A stretch of 64,000 nt of DNA from IMG/VR virus record IMGVR_UViG_3300037089_000505, positions 1-64,000 of that record; one strand, given 5' to 3'. Source of the DNA: a virus. The number at the start of each line of letters is the position of its first letter. Within the stretch, counting starts at the first letter, position 1. The notes below the pieces were generated by a model. The model saw only the letters and a program-made list of their open reading frames with translations. It made no database searches and was not told where the DNA came from. This document shows, in pieces, positions 1 to 9,639 of the stretch. The position numbers were made by a program, and so were the translations under genes.

Positions 1-2
1 CA

Positions 3-329
3 GCTCAGAAGAGCCCAGTACAAACGTTCAGAGTAATCTTTGCCCCAGCAGCTCCTACTTCAATTGCAGCGGCTGATGGTACTGGAAGTTCATCAGTTAG
101 TTGGACAGTCTCATCTGGCGCTACTTCTTATACTATTTATTGGAAGAGCGGTTCGTTAGTCTATACAGCAGCCCAAATTCTAGCAGCACCAACTGGTTCA
201 GTTGCAGGTACTACACCCGCTGGCCAAATAATTACTCTAGCTGCTACTACTTATTCATTTACAATCACAGCTACTAATCCGGGCGGAACTTCCCTCGGTG
301 GAACAGCTGACGGCGCTACAGTAAGTTAA
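3..329 (+). CDS. 3' end of FN3/Ig-like domain virion protein (truncated by window start)
   Basis: Frame 3 reads ...APAAPTSIAAADGTGSSSVSWTVSSGATSYTIYW...ITATNPGGTSLGG...VS*, the same repeat as in the 412..1782 protein. Confidence 0.8.
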   Translation, partial: AQKSPVQTFRVIFAPAAPTSIAAADGTGSSSVSWTVSSGATSYTIYWKSGSLVYTAAQILAAPTGSVAGTTPAGQIITLAATTYSFTITATNPGGTSLGGTADGATVS

Positions 330-352
330 TAAAATAAAAATTGATCCATTAT

Positions 353-374
353 AGGGCCCTCGGAAGAGGGCCCT
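353..374 (+). terminator. GC-rich hairpin, probable intrinsic terminator
   Basis: agggccctc-ggaa-gagggccct just after the stop at 329. Confidence 0.65.
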
Positions 375-383
375 TCCATTGAC

Positions 384-390
384 AAGATAA
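384..390 (+). promoter_or_regulatory. Putative late promoter AAGATAA
   Basis: The motif recurs upstream of structural genes; followed by GGAGG and ATG 412. Confidence 0.55.
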
Positions 391-411
391 TTGCACCCGG
401 AGGCCCTATAA

Positions 412-1782
412 ATGGCAACAATAAATCCTGCAGATTTTTCTGATCGCGCCCATACGCCACCCAGATGGAAAGTATACGCCGACTATTTAGTTACTAACAA
501 TCCTAATCAACTAGCTTTACTCAATACTAGTGATATAGCGTACTACAACTACGTTCATACTAATGTTAGTGCATATCTGTCGCCAGACATTGTTGTTGCC
601 CTAGCAGCTAAAAGTGTTGGATCTTTGCAATTCCTTCTCAGCACAACAGATACTGATTTACCTGTACAATATTATTATACTCTATCTAGCATAATCCCTT
701 ATTCTGGCACACCACCTACAACCCCTGCAAGTGCTGTTACAAACTTTGGTACGAGCACAAATGCTTATGCTATACTTGGTAGTATATCTAGTGGCGGTTT
801 GATAGCTGGATCAGATGTAGTAGTAGCTATACAAGCTTCAGCTAATGTAGCTAATCCGCCTAAGACAGTAGTAGCAGGTTTTGAAGTAATTCTCGCTCCC
901 GCTGCTCCAGCGGGTGGTTTATTAGGAGCTGGGGCTGGCCAAGTTACGGTCACTTGGACTTTATCTAGTGGCGCTAGTTCATACAACGTTTATTATATTC
1001 CTAATGCAACAGGTTCAGAAACGGGGGCTCAGATAATTGCTAACGGAATAAAATTCACTGGAACTATACTTAATACTGGAACTGTAATAACTGGCATCAC
1101 TTCAGGTAATGTTGTAAGCGCAACAGTTACAGCAACTAATCCTGGCGGAACTAGCGCCCCTTCAACTGCATTACATGCAACAGTGATAGGAGCTCCTGCT
1201 GTACCTACTGTTATATTAGTTACGCCCGCATCTACTCAAGCAACAGTTACGTGGACGTTATCTGCTGGAGCCACTTCTTATGATGTCTGGTATATTGCTA
1301 ACGCAACAGGCTCAGAAACAGCAGCAACTATAATATCTACTGGAACACATTTTGTAGGAGTAGTAAGTAATCTTGGTACTGTAATAACTGGCCTCACGCC
1401 CGGTAATGTTATCAGTGTGACAGTTACAGCTACAAATACCGGTGGAACAAGCCTTGGCGGAACACCCTCCCACGCCTCACTAATTCCCGTAGCTCCCGCT
1501 TCTATATTAGCAACTTCCCCAATAGCTACAGAAGCTAATGTCACTTGGACATTATCTCATGGGGCTACTTCATATGATGTTTATTACATAGATGACGCAA
1601 CTGGATTAGAAGACGCAGCTACTATAATATCTACTGGAACACACTTTGTAGGAACAGTGCTAAATACTGGAACTGTAATAACGAGTCTAAGCACAGGCAA
1701 CATTGTAAACGTAACGGTAACGGCTACTGATAGTGGCGGAGCCAGTCTTGGCGGAACTCCTTCAAGTGTTACAGTTACTTAA
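412..1782 (+). CDS. Virion surface/decoration protein with three tandem fibronectin type III-like repeats
   Basis: Three ~98-aa repeats VTWTLSxGAxSYxVYYI...VTVTATxxGGTS; T/S/A/G-rich. Confidence 0.75.
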   Translation: MATINPADFSDRAHTPPRWKVYADYLVTNNPNQLALLNTSDIAYYNYVHTNVSAYLSPDIVVALAAKSVGSLQFLLSTTDTDLPVQYYYTLSSIIPYSGTPPTTPASAVTNFGTSTNAYAILGSISSGGLIAGSDVVVAIQASANVANPPKTVVAGFEVILAPAAPAGGLLGAGAGQVTVTWTLSSGASSYNVYYIPNATGSETGAQIIANGIKFTGTILNTGTVITGITSGNVVSATVTATNPGGTSAPSTALHATVIGAPAVPTVILVTPASTQATVTWTLSAGATSYDVWYIANATGSETAATIISTGTHFVGVVSNLGTVITGLTPGNVISVTVTATNTGGTSLGGTPSHASLIPVAPASILATSPIATEANVTWTLSHGATSYDVYYIDDATGLEDAATIISTGTHFVGTVLNTGTVITSLSTGNIVNVTVTATDSGGASLGGTPSSVTVT

Positions 1783-1789
1783 TTAATGT

Positions 1790-2104
1790 ATGGAAAGAAA
1801 AATAGACAAGAGCCTGCATACTAATCCTAGTCCGCGAGTAGCGCATTTCAAAAATTTTCCGCATGATATATTCCCAGCGATGCCTTTTGGGTACGGATTA
1901 CATATTCAGGGTCCTGCTCCAGTTCAACCCTTAAATTCTAAAAGAATAGAGGATATAAAATATTTCACTAATCCTTTAGTCACTAAGGCTTTCAACAATT
2001 GGGGTCGAATATTTCCCAAGCCAGCGATAGTAAACGACAAACCAATGGCCAACCCCAAGCACTTAGATTTAAATCCGGAGAATACGCAAAATTGGAAAGG
2101 GTAA
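1790..2104 (+). CDS. Pro-rich hypothetical protein
   Basis: ORF directly after the FN3 gene. Confidence 0.5.
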   Translation: MERKIDKSLHTNPSPRVAHFKNFPHDIFPAMPFGYGLHIQGPAPVQPLNSKRIEDIKYFTNPLVTKAFNNWGRIFPKPAIVNDKPMANPKHLDLNPENTQNWKG

Positions 2105-2378
2105 AAAACTTCACTGGTAAAATAGCCTACTATTTCTACCTTAATCCTGAAGAGGATCTTGGAATTTCGCGTGTTAAACTAACAGCTCGTATTTGGAATC
2201 GGGCACGAGGCGGTTATAATAACGAGCAGTATGAAGGCGAAGTAATAGATCACATTTATGGCCCTAAATTAGAAGACAGCGCGCCTGAAACTATTAACCA
2301 TGTAGCTGCCTTAGATGTAGTAGATATGCTTTTTACAGATAGGGAAGTGATGTCGAGAATTTGGGAGTGGATTGGTAA

Positions 2379-2810
2379 ATGATAACATTCACTTATATTG
2401 CCGCGGGTAGATCTAAAATGTCAGGGCAGGCACTAACTGCCCCGCAACAAAATGGCTTCAATCGAGCTGTAATAGTTCATCCACATCCAGGTCCAGGTAT
2501 CCCTCAATGGTACAGACCACCGACAACAGCTACTATGGGTTTCCCAATTCCAATACGCACCACGCCCGCTCATGGAAACATTCTACTTCCAGTTAAGAAA
2601 CCACTTGAGCCAGAAAATCCAGTCAATCCATATTTGGTACAAGCTTATGGGAATAATTCAAAACTTACCATGAGAATTAATCCGGGAAGTGTTTGGCCCG
2701 TTCGGCATATAGCACCTCGTGTTGAGCTTAAACGCTCACCATACAAACCTCCCGCCCGTAGATATCTCAATCCAAACCTACCAGTCAACGCGCCATACGA
2801 TAACGTTTAA
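2379..2810 (+). CDS. Pro/Arg-rich hypothetical protein
   Basis: ORF with ATGA overlap on the upstream ORF. Confidence 0.55.
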   Translation: MITFTYIAAGRSKMSGQALTAPQQNGFNRAVIVHPHPGPGIPQWYRPPTTATMGFPIPIRTTPAHGNILLPVKKPLEPENPVNPYLVQAYGNNSKLTMRINPGSVWPVRHIAPRVELKRSPYKPPARRYLNPNLPVNAPYDNV

Positions 2811-2828
2811 TAACACATAATTCTTTTA

Positions 2829-3029
2829 GTGAAGAAGCAAGAAGTCATTGCGATGTTGCAGGATAAAACATGCGAGTCTTGTAGCATAGAAGAAATACAA
2901 ATGATGCGATTTCCTGGAGACTCTCCAGGAGTATCCTCAACCGGATCTTGTTTTATCAAACATAGTCAATCATTTATTAGTAGTACCTGTAAATGGTGGG
3001 TACGTAAAAATGGACAAGCAGATAACTAA
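2829..3029 (+). CDS. Cys4 miniprotein (KExT-helix family)
   Basis: KQEVIAMLQDKTCESC...SC...TCKWW; CATAAT 7 nt upstream of the GTG. Confidence 0.6.
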   Translation: MKKQEVIAMLQDKTCESCSIEEIQMMRFPGDSPGVSSTGSCFIKHSQSFISSTCKWWVRKNGQADN

Positions 3030-3222
3030 GAACTTACTTAAAAATCATGTCTGCTCAAACTGTTCGCATTTTTCTGATAGTATAGATTGGTGTAATAAAC
3101 AACCCAATCGACCTAAGTTTGATACGTGTCTAAAGTGGGCTGTTCGCTCGCCATTTGTACGAGTCCCATCGTCGGGACTTGGAAAAACAACACGGAGACG
3201 TCGAAGAAGAAGTCGTTACTAA
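3010..3222 (+). CDS. Cys4 miniprotein with Arg-rich tail
   Basis: DKQITKNLLKNHVCSNC...WC...TCLKW...RRRRRRSRY. Confidence 0.6.
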   Translation: MDKQITKNLLKNHVCSNCSHFSDSIDWCNKQPNRPKFDTCLKWAVRSPFVRVPSSGLGKTTRRRRRRSRY

Positions 3223-3250
3223 AAGCCTCGAAAGGAAAGTAGAATAAAGC

Positions 3251-3718
3251 ATGGGACAAATTCTTACAGACAAAGAAAAGATCGAAAAGTGGAATGACAT
3301 CTGCATGACCATGAACTGGTCGCAGCCCCACGAGCTTGAAACGTGGCTTCAAATGCACGGTGTGATGTTTACGAAATCTGGCAGCTGTGTAGGGGTCAAC
3401 CTCGTTCTTGGCGGCAAACAAATTTCGGTTATTGGACAAGTTGAAGAAATTGTTAAATCTTCAAACAGTGAAGGGATGGCAACTTATATCTTACAGGCAA
3501 TTGCTGGGCTCTTGAGTTTCAAAGTTAAGCCAGACAATACTGAAATGTTGAGCACGACATTAGAGACGATGTTTTGGAAGATAGCCTGCGAAAGATGTCA
3601 ACTCGAGTGGGAGCTTGACATTCCGCCAGAGATCATGCCCAAATACGTTCGAGAAGCTTTATTTCCTGAGCAGTTTCCTGAGGGACCAGAGAAAGGACCC
3701 ACCGATGAAGTTAAGTAG
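3251..3718 (+). CDS. Hypothetical protein
   Basis: ORF preceded by CCTCGA-N8-TAGAAT at 3226-3245. Confidence 0.65.
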   Translation: MGQILTDKEKIEKWNDICMTMNWSQPHELETWLQMHGVMFTKSGSCVGVNLVLGGKQISVIGQVEEIVKSSNSEGMATYILQAIAGLLSFKVKPDNTEMLSTTLETMFWKIACERCQLEWELDIPPEIMPKYVREALFPEQFPEGPEKGPTDEVK

Positions 3719-4367
3719 ATCCAACGGCAACATGTATGATTGGGTGACACACATGTGGTCTCCTTTTACCGGTTGCCCGCATCAATGCTCCTATTGCTAT
3801 GTGAAAAATGCCTGGCGAGATTTGCCAGAAAAGACTACTCTTCAAGAGCCCTTCCCAAATCTTGGTTCTGGCAAGACAATTTTCATCGGGCATCTTTGTG
3901 ACATGTTTGCCGAAGGCGTTGACTCTACCGATGTAATGAAGGTGATAGAGTATTGCCGAATGTGGGATAATGAATACGTCTTCCAAACAAAGAACCCACA
4001 AAACATGTGGAAGTTTATCTACAGGACGCCCTCCAAGAGAATGGTCGGAACTACTATTGAAACAAATAGGGCAGAAACACTTGAGAGGTTTTCTAAAGCA
4101 CCGCATCCCATGGAAAGAGCGAATGGGCTTAGTCAGATTGACGGCAAGAAGTTTTTAACCATTGAGCCAATCATGGACTTCGATGTTTGGGAGTTTGCTA
4201 AATTGATTGAAGCGGCGAAACCAGACTTCGTCAATATTGGAGCTGACTCCAAGAGACACAATCTGCCAGAACCTACTGGTGAAAAGGTCATGGCCTTAGT
4301 AGGGACTCTTGGTGAGCTCAAGATTCCAATTCGCAAGAAGGTCAACATAGAGAGGCTTTTGAAATGA
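3705..4367 (+). CDS. Gp37/Gp68 (DUF5131)-like radical SAM-type protein
   Basis: WSPFTGCPHQCSYCY CxxxCxxC motif, DMF, FQTKNP, TIEPI, IGADS; start moved to ATG 3705 (RBS aagga). Confidence 0.75.
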   Translation: MKLSRSNGNMYDWVTHMWSPFTGCPHQCSYCYVKNAWRDLPEKTTLQEPFPNLGSGKTIFIGHLCDMFAEGVDSTDVMKVIEYCRMWDNEYVFQTKNPQNMWKFIYRTPSKRMVGTTIETNRAETLERFSKAPHPMERANGLSQIDGKKFLTIEPIMDFDVWEFAKLIEAAKPDFVNIGADSKRHNLPEPTGEKVMALVGTLGELKIPIRKKVNIERLLK

Positions 4368-5039
4368 CACCAGAAAATAGGAATGGAATTAACTTACCAG
4401 ATTACGAAATTACAATCACTATCGGAAAGTGTCCGCGGTGTGGTCAAAAACATACCGATATTAAGTTGGTAGCAGACCCGTTACCCTGGGCGGCGCAGTC
4501 AGCCTCAGTTTTACGCATGATGGCTGAGTGTCCGGTTACTAACGAGTTCATAGTTATGACTTTCTGGACGGATGTAACAAGATGATAAATTTTTTACTTA
4601 ATGACATAGAAAAACTAATCAAGGAGCTGGAAGAGGGGCACGCTGCAGATCCTTATGACGATGGCGAAAATGGATACTATGACGCTTGTCAAGAAATAGC
4701 TGATAAACTTCGAACCTTGTATGATAAATATAAACCACGTGACCCTTTGTGTACTTGTGGTTGCGGCTATGAATGGTGTGATGATTATTGTCCAATTCAC
4801 GGCAAGAAAGGAAAGAAATCTAATGGAACAACAGATTCGCCCGACTTTGTCTGATAAGATTTTTGGCAAATGTAAACTCACCGGACTCCCTAGCGGAGGA
4901 AACGCAATAGGCGTTGAAGGCCTTATTCTCTGGCTTGAGGCCATGAAAGAAGATGCCATCCGCGACGACCGAAGCGGAGGTTCTGTCCTCCAGCAAATAA
5001 TCGAGATGTTGACTATCGCTGCCAAGTAGCAGGGAGAAG

Positions 5040-5059
5040 TTTCGAAGTTGATTTAGTAT
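5040..5059 (+). promoter_or_regulatory. Putative early promoter TTTCGA-N8-TAGTAT
   Basis: One of about 10 copies; 8 nt upstream of ATG 5068. Confidence 0.65.
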
Positions 5060-5067
5060 AACTCAAC

Positions 5068-5928
5068 ATGAACATTCAATCGTTGTCGATCGTAGTCCCA
5101 GCTGGTTGCCCCAACAAATGCAAATTTTGCGTAGCCCGAATGAACCACGAAGACTATGTGAATCAGATCGAAGAGAACATGAGGTTCCGCGATCTTTACA
5201 AGAGGGACTACAAAGATCGCCTCGCCTTCGCTCGTGACAACGGCTGCAACATCATGTTCACGGGCAATGGTGAAGCTCTCATGAATCGCCGATTCATGGA
5301 GATGGTCACTGATCTCAACGAGGGGTTGGATAAGCCTTTCAGAATCTTGGAACTCCAGACTTCTGGCGTCACCCTCGATGACGAAGCTCTTCGATGGCTT
5401 CGAAACACAATCAAGGTTTCAAGCCTCTCACTGTCCAGCATCTTTTCAAGCAACAAGAACCAGGAATACAACGTCACTCCCGAGAAGGTCAAGGTAGATA
5501 TCGAACATCTCTGCTCTGAAATCAAACGCTACGATTTCAACCTTCGCCTTTCACTCAACATGACCGATGAATACAACAGCATGGATATTGCGGACATTTT
5601 CAAACAGGTAAAGAAGTTGGGGGCCGATCAGGTCACTTTCCGCAAACTCTACACATCTGGCAATGACACTCCCCAGGATCTTTGGATCAAAGAACATGCA
5701 GTAGAAGAGAGTTTCTGGCCCAGGCTGAATGAGTATGTCCTCAGAAACGGCCGGAAGCTTGAACGACTCCCCTTCGGCGCCATTCGCTATTCAATCAGCG
5801 AAATATCCGCAGTAGTAGACGATGACTGTATGAGCACAGAAACCAAGGAAGACATCAAATACCTCGTCCTTCGCCAGAACTGCAAACTCTACACCAAGTG
5901 GGACGACAAGGGCTCACTTCTTTTCTAG
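5068..5928 (+). CDS. Radical SAM superfamily protein
   Basis: GCPNKCKFC CxxxCxxC motif, FTGNGE, ELQTSG. Confidence 0.85.
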   Translation: MNIQSLSIVVPAGCPNKCKFCVARMNHEDYVNQIEENMRFRDLYKRDYKDRLAFARDNGCNIMFTGNGEALMNRRFMEMVTDLNEGLDKPFRILELQTSGVTLDDEALRWLRNTIKVSSLSLSSIFSSNKNQEYNVTPEKVKVDIEHLCSEIKRYDFNLRLSLNMTDEYNSMDIADIFKQVKKLGADQVTFRKLYTSGNDTPQDLWIKEHAVEESFWPRLNEYVLRNGRKLERLPFGAIRYSISEISAVVDDDCMSTETKEDIKYLVLRQNCKLYTKWDDKGSLLF

Positions 5929-6569
5929 GAGAGAAACATCATGAAACTTCCATTACTATCTACTGTGCCTGGGAAAGATACCACCAATAAGATTCGGGAA
6001 TTAATCCCGCAGATGGTCAACGATCAAAACGCCCAGGAAATAATGGACGGTTTCATTCCTCAAGGCCCAGAGGAGATTGCAAATCACAACCTTGCGTTTT
6101 ACAAAAAGGCTATGCAAAACAAAAAGAAGTGGAGACGAATGCTGAAGCAGAAAGATTGGTCAAATCCCGATCGAATCGAACGAATCTTTGACCACACTGA
6201 TTTTGATGATCAGCTTCGTCTTTACGTTTGGACCGATAAAAATGACGAACAGATTTTAGATTACGGATTCGCTACAGAATAAGGAGGAGAAATGAGATCA
6301 CTCATCCTGGGCATCTTATGGCTCATCATAGCTATATTCGCAATCTTCTTTTTCGGCTGGCCGACTTTGATGATGATTCAGGATCACGATTTCGACTTGC
6401 TTGTCGCCTACTCGCTAAACATCTTCCTCGGATGCGTCATCATTGTCATAGCAACCTGCGTCGGCATTTACTACTTGGGATCATTTCAGGAAGAGATGAA
6501 ATCAAGACGCTTGCATCCACAATGCGCCTTTCCCTATAGCAGGAGTGGTGGATAACTCCCAGGGAGAAG

Positions 6570-6589
6570 TTTCGACAGGGTGGTATTAT
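6570..6589 (+). promoter_or_regulatory. Putative early promoter TTTCGA-N8-TATTAT
   Basis: Near-identical to 55303-55331; followed by an AGGAGG RBS. Confidence 0.7.
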
Positions 6590-6609
6590 AAAGCATCAGG
6601 AGGAATCAG

Positions 6610-7221
6610 ATGGGAAAGGCAAGAATCGGAGATTACGTCTCCCAGTCATTTCAGGACAGGATTGAAATCAACCTGGCCAATATCTCCCGCGGTCCCAAGG
6701 ACAAGTTCGGTCTTCTCGGCATGACCTACATTCCAGCCACTTTCAAATGCGAACTCTGCGGCCATGAGCCCTGCCTCAAGGCTTTCCACATCAAGAATCT
6801 GCAGACTTCCATCGACATGAAGGTCGGCTCCGAATGCATCCACCACTTCGGCTTCAGCCAGACCAACATCGACCTGGCCATGGGAATGGCAAAGAGGATC
6901 CAGTCCATCGTTCGGAAGATGAGACGGACCCTGAAGAAGTCCTTAGAAACCGAAGAGTACAAGACCATGTCGAAAGAGCAGAAGAGAATGCTCATCGTCA
7001 AGCTCTTCGCCAAGCACCAGACCATCGAGGCCCTCCAGGCCAACGCCGGCACGGTGAAGAAGTCTCTCCTGAAAAAGGAAGACGTCCTCAAGACTATCCA
7101 GGACAACCCCTGGGTCGAGGCGGAAGGTTCCGAAGCCGACGAGGATGAGAAGCCCACGAAGCCGACCGCCAAGAAGGCTTCGGTCAAGAAGGCAGTCAAA
7201 TCCACCCCGGCGACCAACTAG
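6610..7221 (+). CDS. Zn-binding hypothetical protein with Lys/Ala-rich tail
   Basis: CELCGH...VGSECIHHF; strong RBS; strongly C/G-ending codons. Confidence 0.75.
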   Translation: MGKARIGDYVSQSFQDRIEINLANISRGPKDKFGLLGMTYIPATFKCELCGHEPCLKAFHIKNLQTSIDMKVGSECIHHFGFSQTNIDLAMGMAKRIQSIVRKMRRTLKKSLETEEYKTMSKEQKRMLIVKLFAKHQTIEALQANAGTVKKSLLKKEDVLKTIQDNPWVEAEGSEADEDEKPTKPTAKKASVKKAVKSTPATN

Positions 7222-7240
7222 AACTCAACCAGCTCTATAA

Positions 7241-7271
7241 AGTAGAAGTGGCACCCAGCCACTTCTATTTT
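7241..7271 (+). terminator. Intrinsic terminator
   Basis: agtagaagtggc-accca-gccacttctatt hairpin with T tract. Confidence 0.75.
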
Positions 7272-7446
7272 GTTGTAAGTAGAATTGAAGGAGATGGTGA
7301 TATAGTTGCTACTGTTCTTGATGAAGGAAGAGGATGCTTTCCCGTCATTTGGAGTGGCCCTATATTTAGCGGTGATTACTGGCCCGCTACAGTAGTCGTA
7401 ATAGATAAGAAGGAAAGAACTAAAGTTGCTCTCAAAGGATTAATAG

Positions 7447-7866
7447 ATGACGCCAGGAGAACAATATAGAGCAGACTTGAAGAGACAAAAGCAACATGAG
7501 AAGAGCGTGAAGTCCCAGGCCGACTGGGCTTTGAGACAACATAAGCAACATGAAAAATTTCTCAAGGACGTTAGACAACTGAAACTCGACACTCTCTACA
7601 AACCTATCCCAGACAGGAACAGCAGATGGTCTACATCAGGCTGGAGCTATTTTGTCGTGAGAGAAAGAAACATAAAACAAGAAACTCTGACCTTAGAGAT
7701 TTTAATGACTAACACCGCGTATGGGAACACCCATGCAGTAAGCAGCCGTTATATCGAAAGAAAGATCATATCTTTTAACGATTACAAACACTTACTGTCC
7801 ACTTTTGAGCGAGTTCTTAGCAAGAAAGAAAAAACAATGGTAGGGCTAAGAGGATTAATGCCATGA
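7447..7866 (+). CDS. Hypothetical protein, C-terminal KEKT-helix motif
   Basis: Ends KKEKTMVGLRGLMP. Confidence 0.6.
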   Translation: MTPGEQYRADLKRQKQHEKSVKSQADWALRQHKQHEKFLKDVRQLKLDTLYKPIPDRNSRWSTSGWSYFVVRERNIKQETLTLEILMTNTAYGNTHAVSSRYIERKIISFNDYKHLLSTFERVLSKKEKTMVGLRGLMP

Positions 7867-8153
7867 GCATCAAAAAAGTCAAATTCAACCAATTATATCG
7901 TTTGTGGATCCGAGGCCCTAATAGTTCTTATTGCATAGTCAGATTTGTAGGTCGAAAAGACTTAAGCGAAGAAGTTATTTATTCTATTGAAAGAGCTGAC
8001 TTGTGGACGACACCCAAAAGAGTTTATGTCATGCGGGTCAGTCAAGGTAATTTTGAAGATCACTGGTTTCAAAGTCTGACGGAAGTTAAGACTGAAAAAG
8101 AAAAGACGCTCATCGCCCTTAAAACAGGTTTGTCTGAAAAGATAATTCTATAA
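7863..8153 (+). CDS. Hypothetical protein, C-terminal KEKT-helix motif
   Basis: Ends KEKTLIALKTGLSEKIIL. Confidence 0.6.
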   Translation: MSIKKVKFNQLYRLWIRGPNSSYCIVRFVGRKDLSEEVIYSIERADLWTTPKRVYVMRVSQGNFEDHWFQSLTEVKTEKEKTLIALKTGLSEKIIL

Positions 8154-8374
8154 TGATGATATTTTTTAGCAAAGAACTCAAAGGTAAAAGATACGTAGAT
8201 TGGTATATTCCATTACCTAAGGGTAAATATTTTAAGGTGACAGTTGGTCTATATAAGGAATATTTAGACACGAGAACAGTTGAAGAGCCACCTTATAGTC
8301 CAATACGAATTGCTAAAAAAGAAGATTTGCAATCTTGCATTAAGTCTATATTTGAGGCAAGGATGATATTATGA
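8153..8374 (+). CDS. Small protein, C-terminal hIKxhF family
   Basis: Ends LQSCIKSIFEARMIL; AAGATAA at 8139-8145. Confidence 0.6.
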   Translation: MMIFFSKELKGKRYVDWYIPLPKGKYFKVTVGLYKEYLDTRTVEEPPYSPIRIAKKEDLQSCIKSIFEARMIL

Positions 8375-8616
8375 AGTTACATGAAGCAATCAAAGAAACT
8401 CGTACAGCTAAACAAATGATAGAAAATCCAGAAACGGATTCACTTATGAAATCTCTTTTAATCAAAGCAGTAAAGAGAAGCGGCGAAAAAATTACACCAG
8501 CAGGACCTAACGCTACATGGGAAAAAGCTTTGAGTGATCCACTTCATGATGGCAACTTTAGATTATGGTACAACACCGAATATGGGAACACTCATGTAAT
8601 CAGCAAGAACGAATAA
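8371..8616 (+). CDS. Small protein with MKLxE leader
   Basis: MKLHEAIKE; ATGA overlap. Confidence 0.6.
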   Translation: MKLHEAIKETRTAKQMIENPETDSLMKSLLIKAVKRSGEKITPAGPNATWEKALSDPLHDGNFRLWYNTEYGNTHVISKNE

Positions 8617-8661
8617 TAGTTTCGACAGCCTTATATACTTACTCACAAGAGGAGAAAAGGA

Positions 8662-8844
8662 ATGGCAGAGAACATCAGCAAAAACGCTCGCACCCAGAAA
8701 GACAAGACGCAGAAGTTTTTCCACAATGGTTGCGGCGGTGAAATCAAGATGGTCCGGGTTTTCGCCCACGGCCGCCTCCAGATGAAGGCTCGCTGCGAAA
8801 AGTGCTCCGCTGAGAAGAGGAGCCCTTCCGAGTTCAAGGCATAA
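8662..8844 (+). CDS. Small zinc-ribbon-like protein
   Basis: HNGCGG...RCEKC; RBS gaggag; TTTCGA-N8-TATACT at 8620-8639. Confidence 0.65.
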   Translation: MAENISKNARTQKDKTQKFFHNGCGGEIKMVRVFAHGRLQMKARCEKCSAEKRSPSEFKA

Positions 8845-8900
8845 GCCGACTGGTTCTGGTTGCCCTACTCCCCTCAAAATGGGGGTGTGGTACAGAACTT

Positions 8901-8940
8901 TAGAGCTCCTCTGTACAATCTGAAGAGGAGCTCTATTTTT
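8901..8940 (+). terminator. Intrinsic terminator
   Basis: 12-bp stem tagagctcctct/agaggagctcta followed by TTTTT. Confidence 0.8.
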
Positions 8941-8992
8941 AGCGCATATATTACCTGAAAGATAATAAGACTTTTTTGAGACTGGAGACAAT

Positions 8993-9616
8993 ATGAACAA
9001 GACGACAACGACAGATGGCCTCTCGGCCGGTATTTTTGGAGGGGTAATTTTCGTAGTGTTCTTCATCTTCTTCCCTATTATTGGGTTGGATGTGGGACTC
9101 TTCCTTTCTATTCTTTTTGCCGTTGTAGCTTTCGGAGCTGGATGGTTTTTTCTTTTCGAAAGGAAGAAGCCAGAAATCCTCGAACGCGAAGCTGGTCTCA
9201 AGGTTGCTCTTGAAGAAGGCGATAAAAACCTCTCTGCAATTCGGGTCCTTGAACGACAAATCAAGAGACCCTCAATTCTCAACAAAATCAAGAACATTGA
9301 AAGTATCTTGCAGAGTATCTTGATCGATCTCAAAAAGGATCCGAACAAGCTTCGCAACGCAAAGCAGCTTCTTGATTACTATGTTCCTACTACAATCAAA
9401 ATCCTCACGAAGTACGTCGAGCTTTCTTCTCAGGGCACCACCAGCGGTGGTATTCAGACCTCTCTTACCAAAGTTGAAACAATGCTTGGGAAAATCGGGG
9501 ACGCCTTTGACGAGCAGCACGCAAGACTCTTGTCAAACGATGTCATGGATCTCGACAATGAACTTGCAACTCTTGACCAGACAATTAACATGGACGGTCT
9601 CACGAAAGACCAGTAA
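8993..9616 (+). CDS. xpaC: XpaC family (5-bromo-4-chloroindolyl phosphate hydrolysis) membrane protein
   Basis: Two N-terminal TM helices; KDPNKL...LLDYYVPTTIKILTKY...DVMDLDNELATL; directly upstream of TelA. Confidence 0.8.
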   Translation: MNKTTTTDGLSAGIFGGVIFVVFFIFFPIIGLDVGLFLSILFAVVAFGAGWFFLFERKKPEILEREAGLKVALEEGDKNLSAIRVLERQIKRPSILNKIKNIESILQSILIDLKKDPNKLRNAKQLLDYYVPTTIKILTKYVELSSQGTTSGGIQTSLTKVETMLGKIGDAFDEQHARLLSNDVMDLDNELATLDQTINMDGLTKDQ

Positions 9617-9639
9617 AGACTCAAAACAAAGGAGATACT

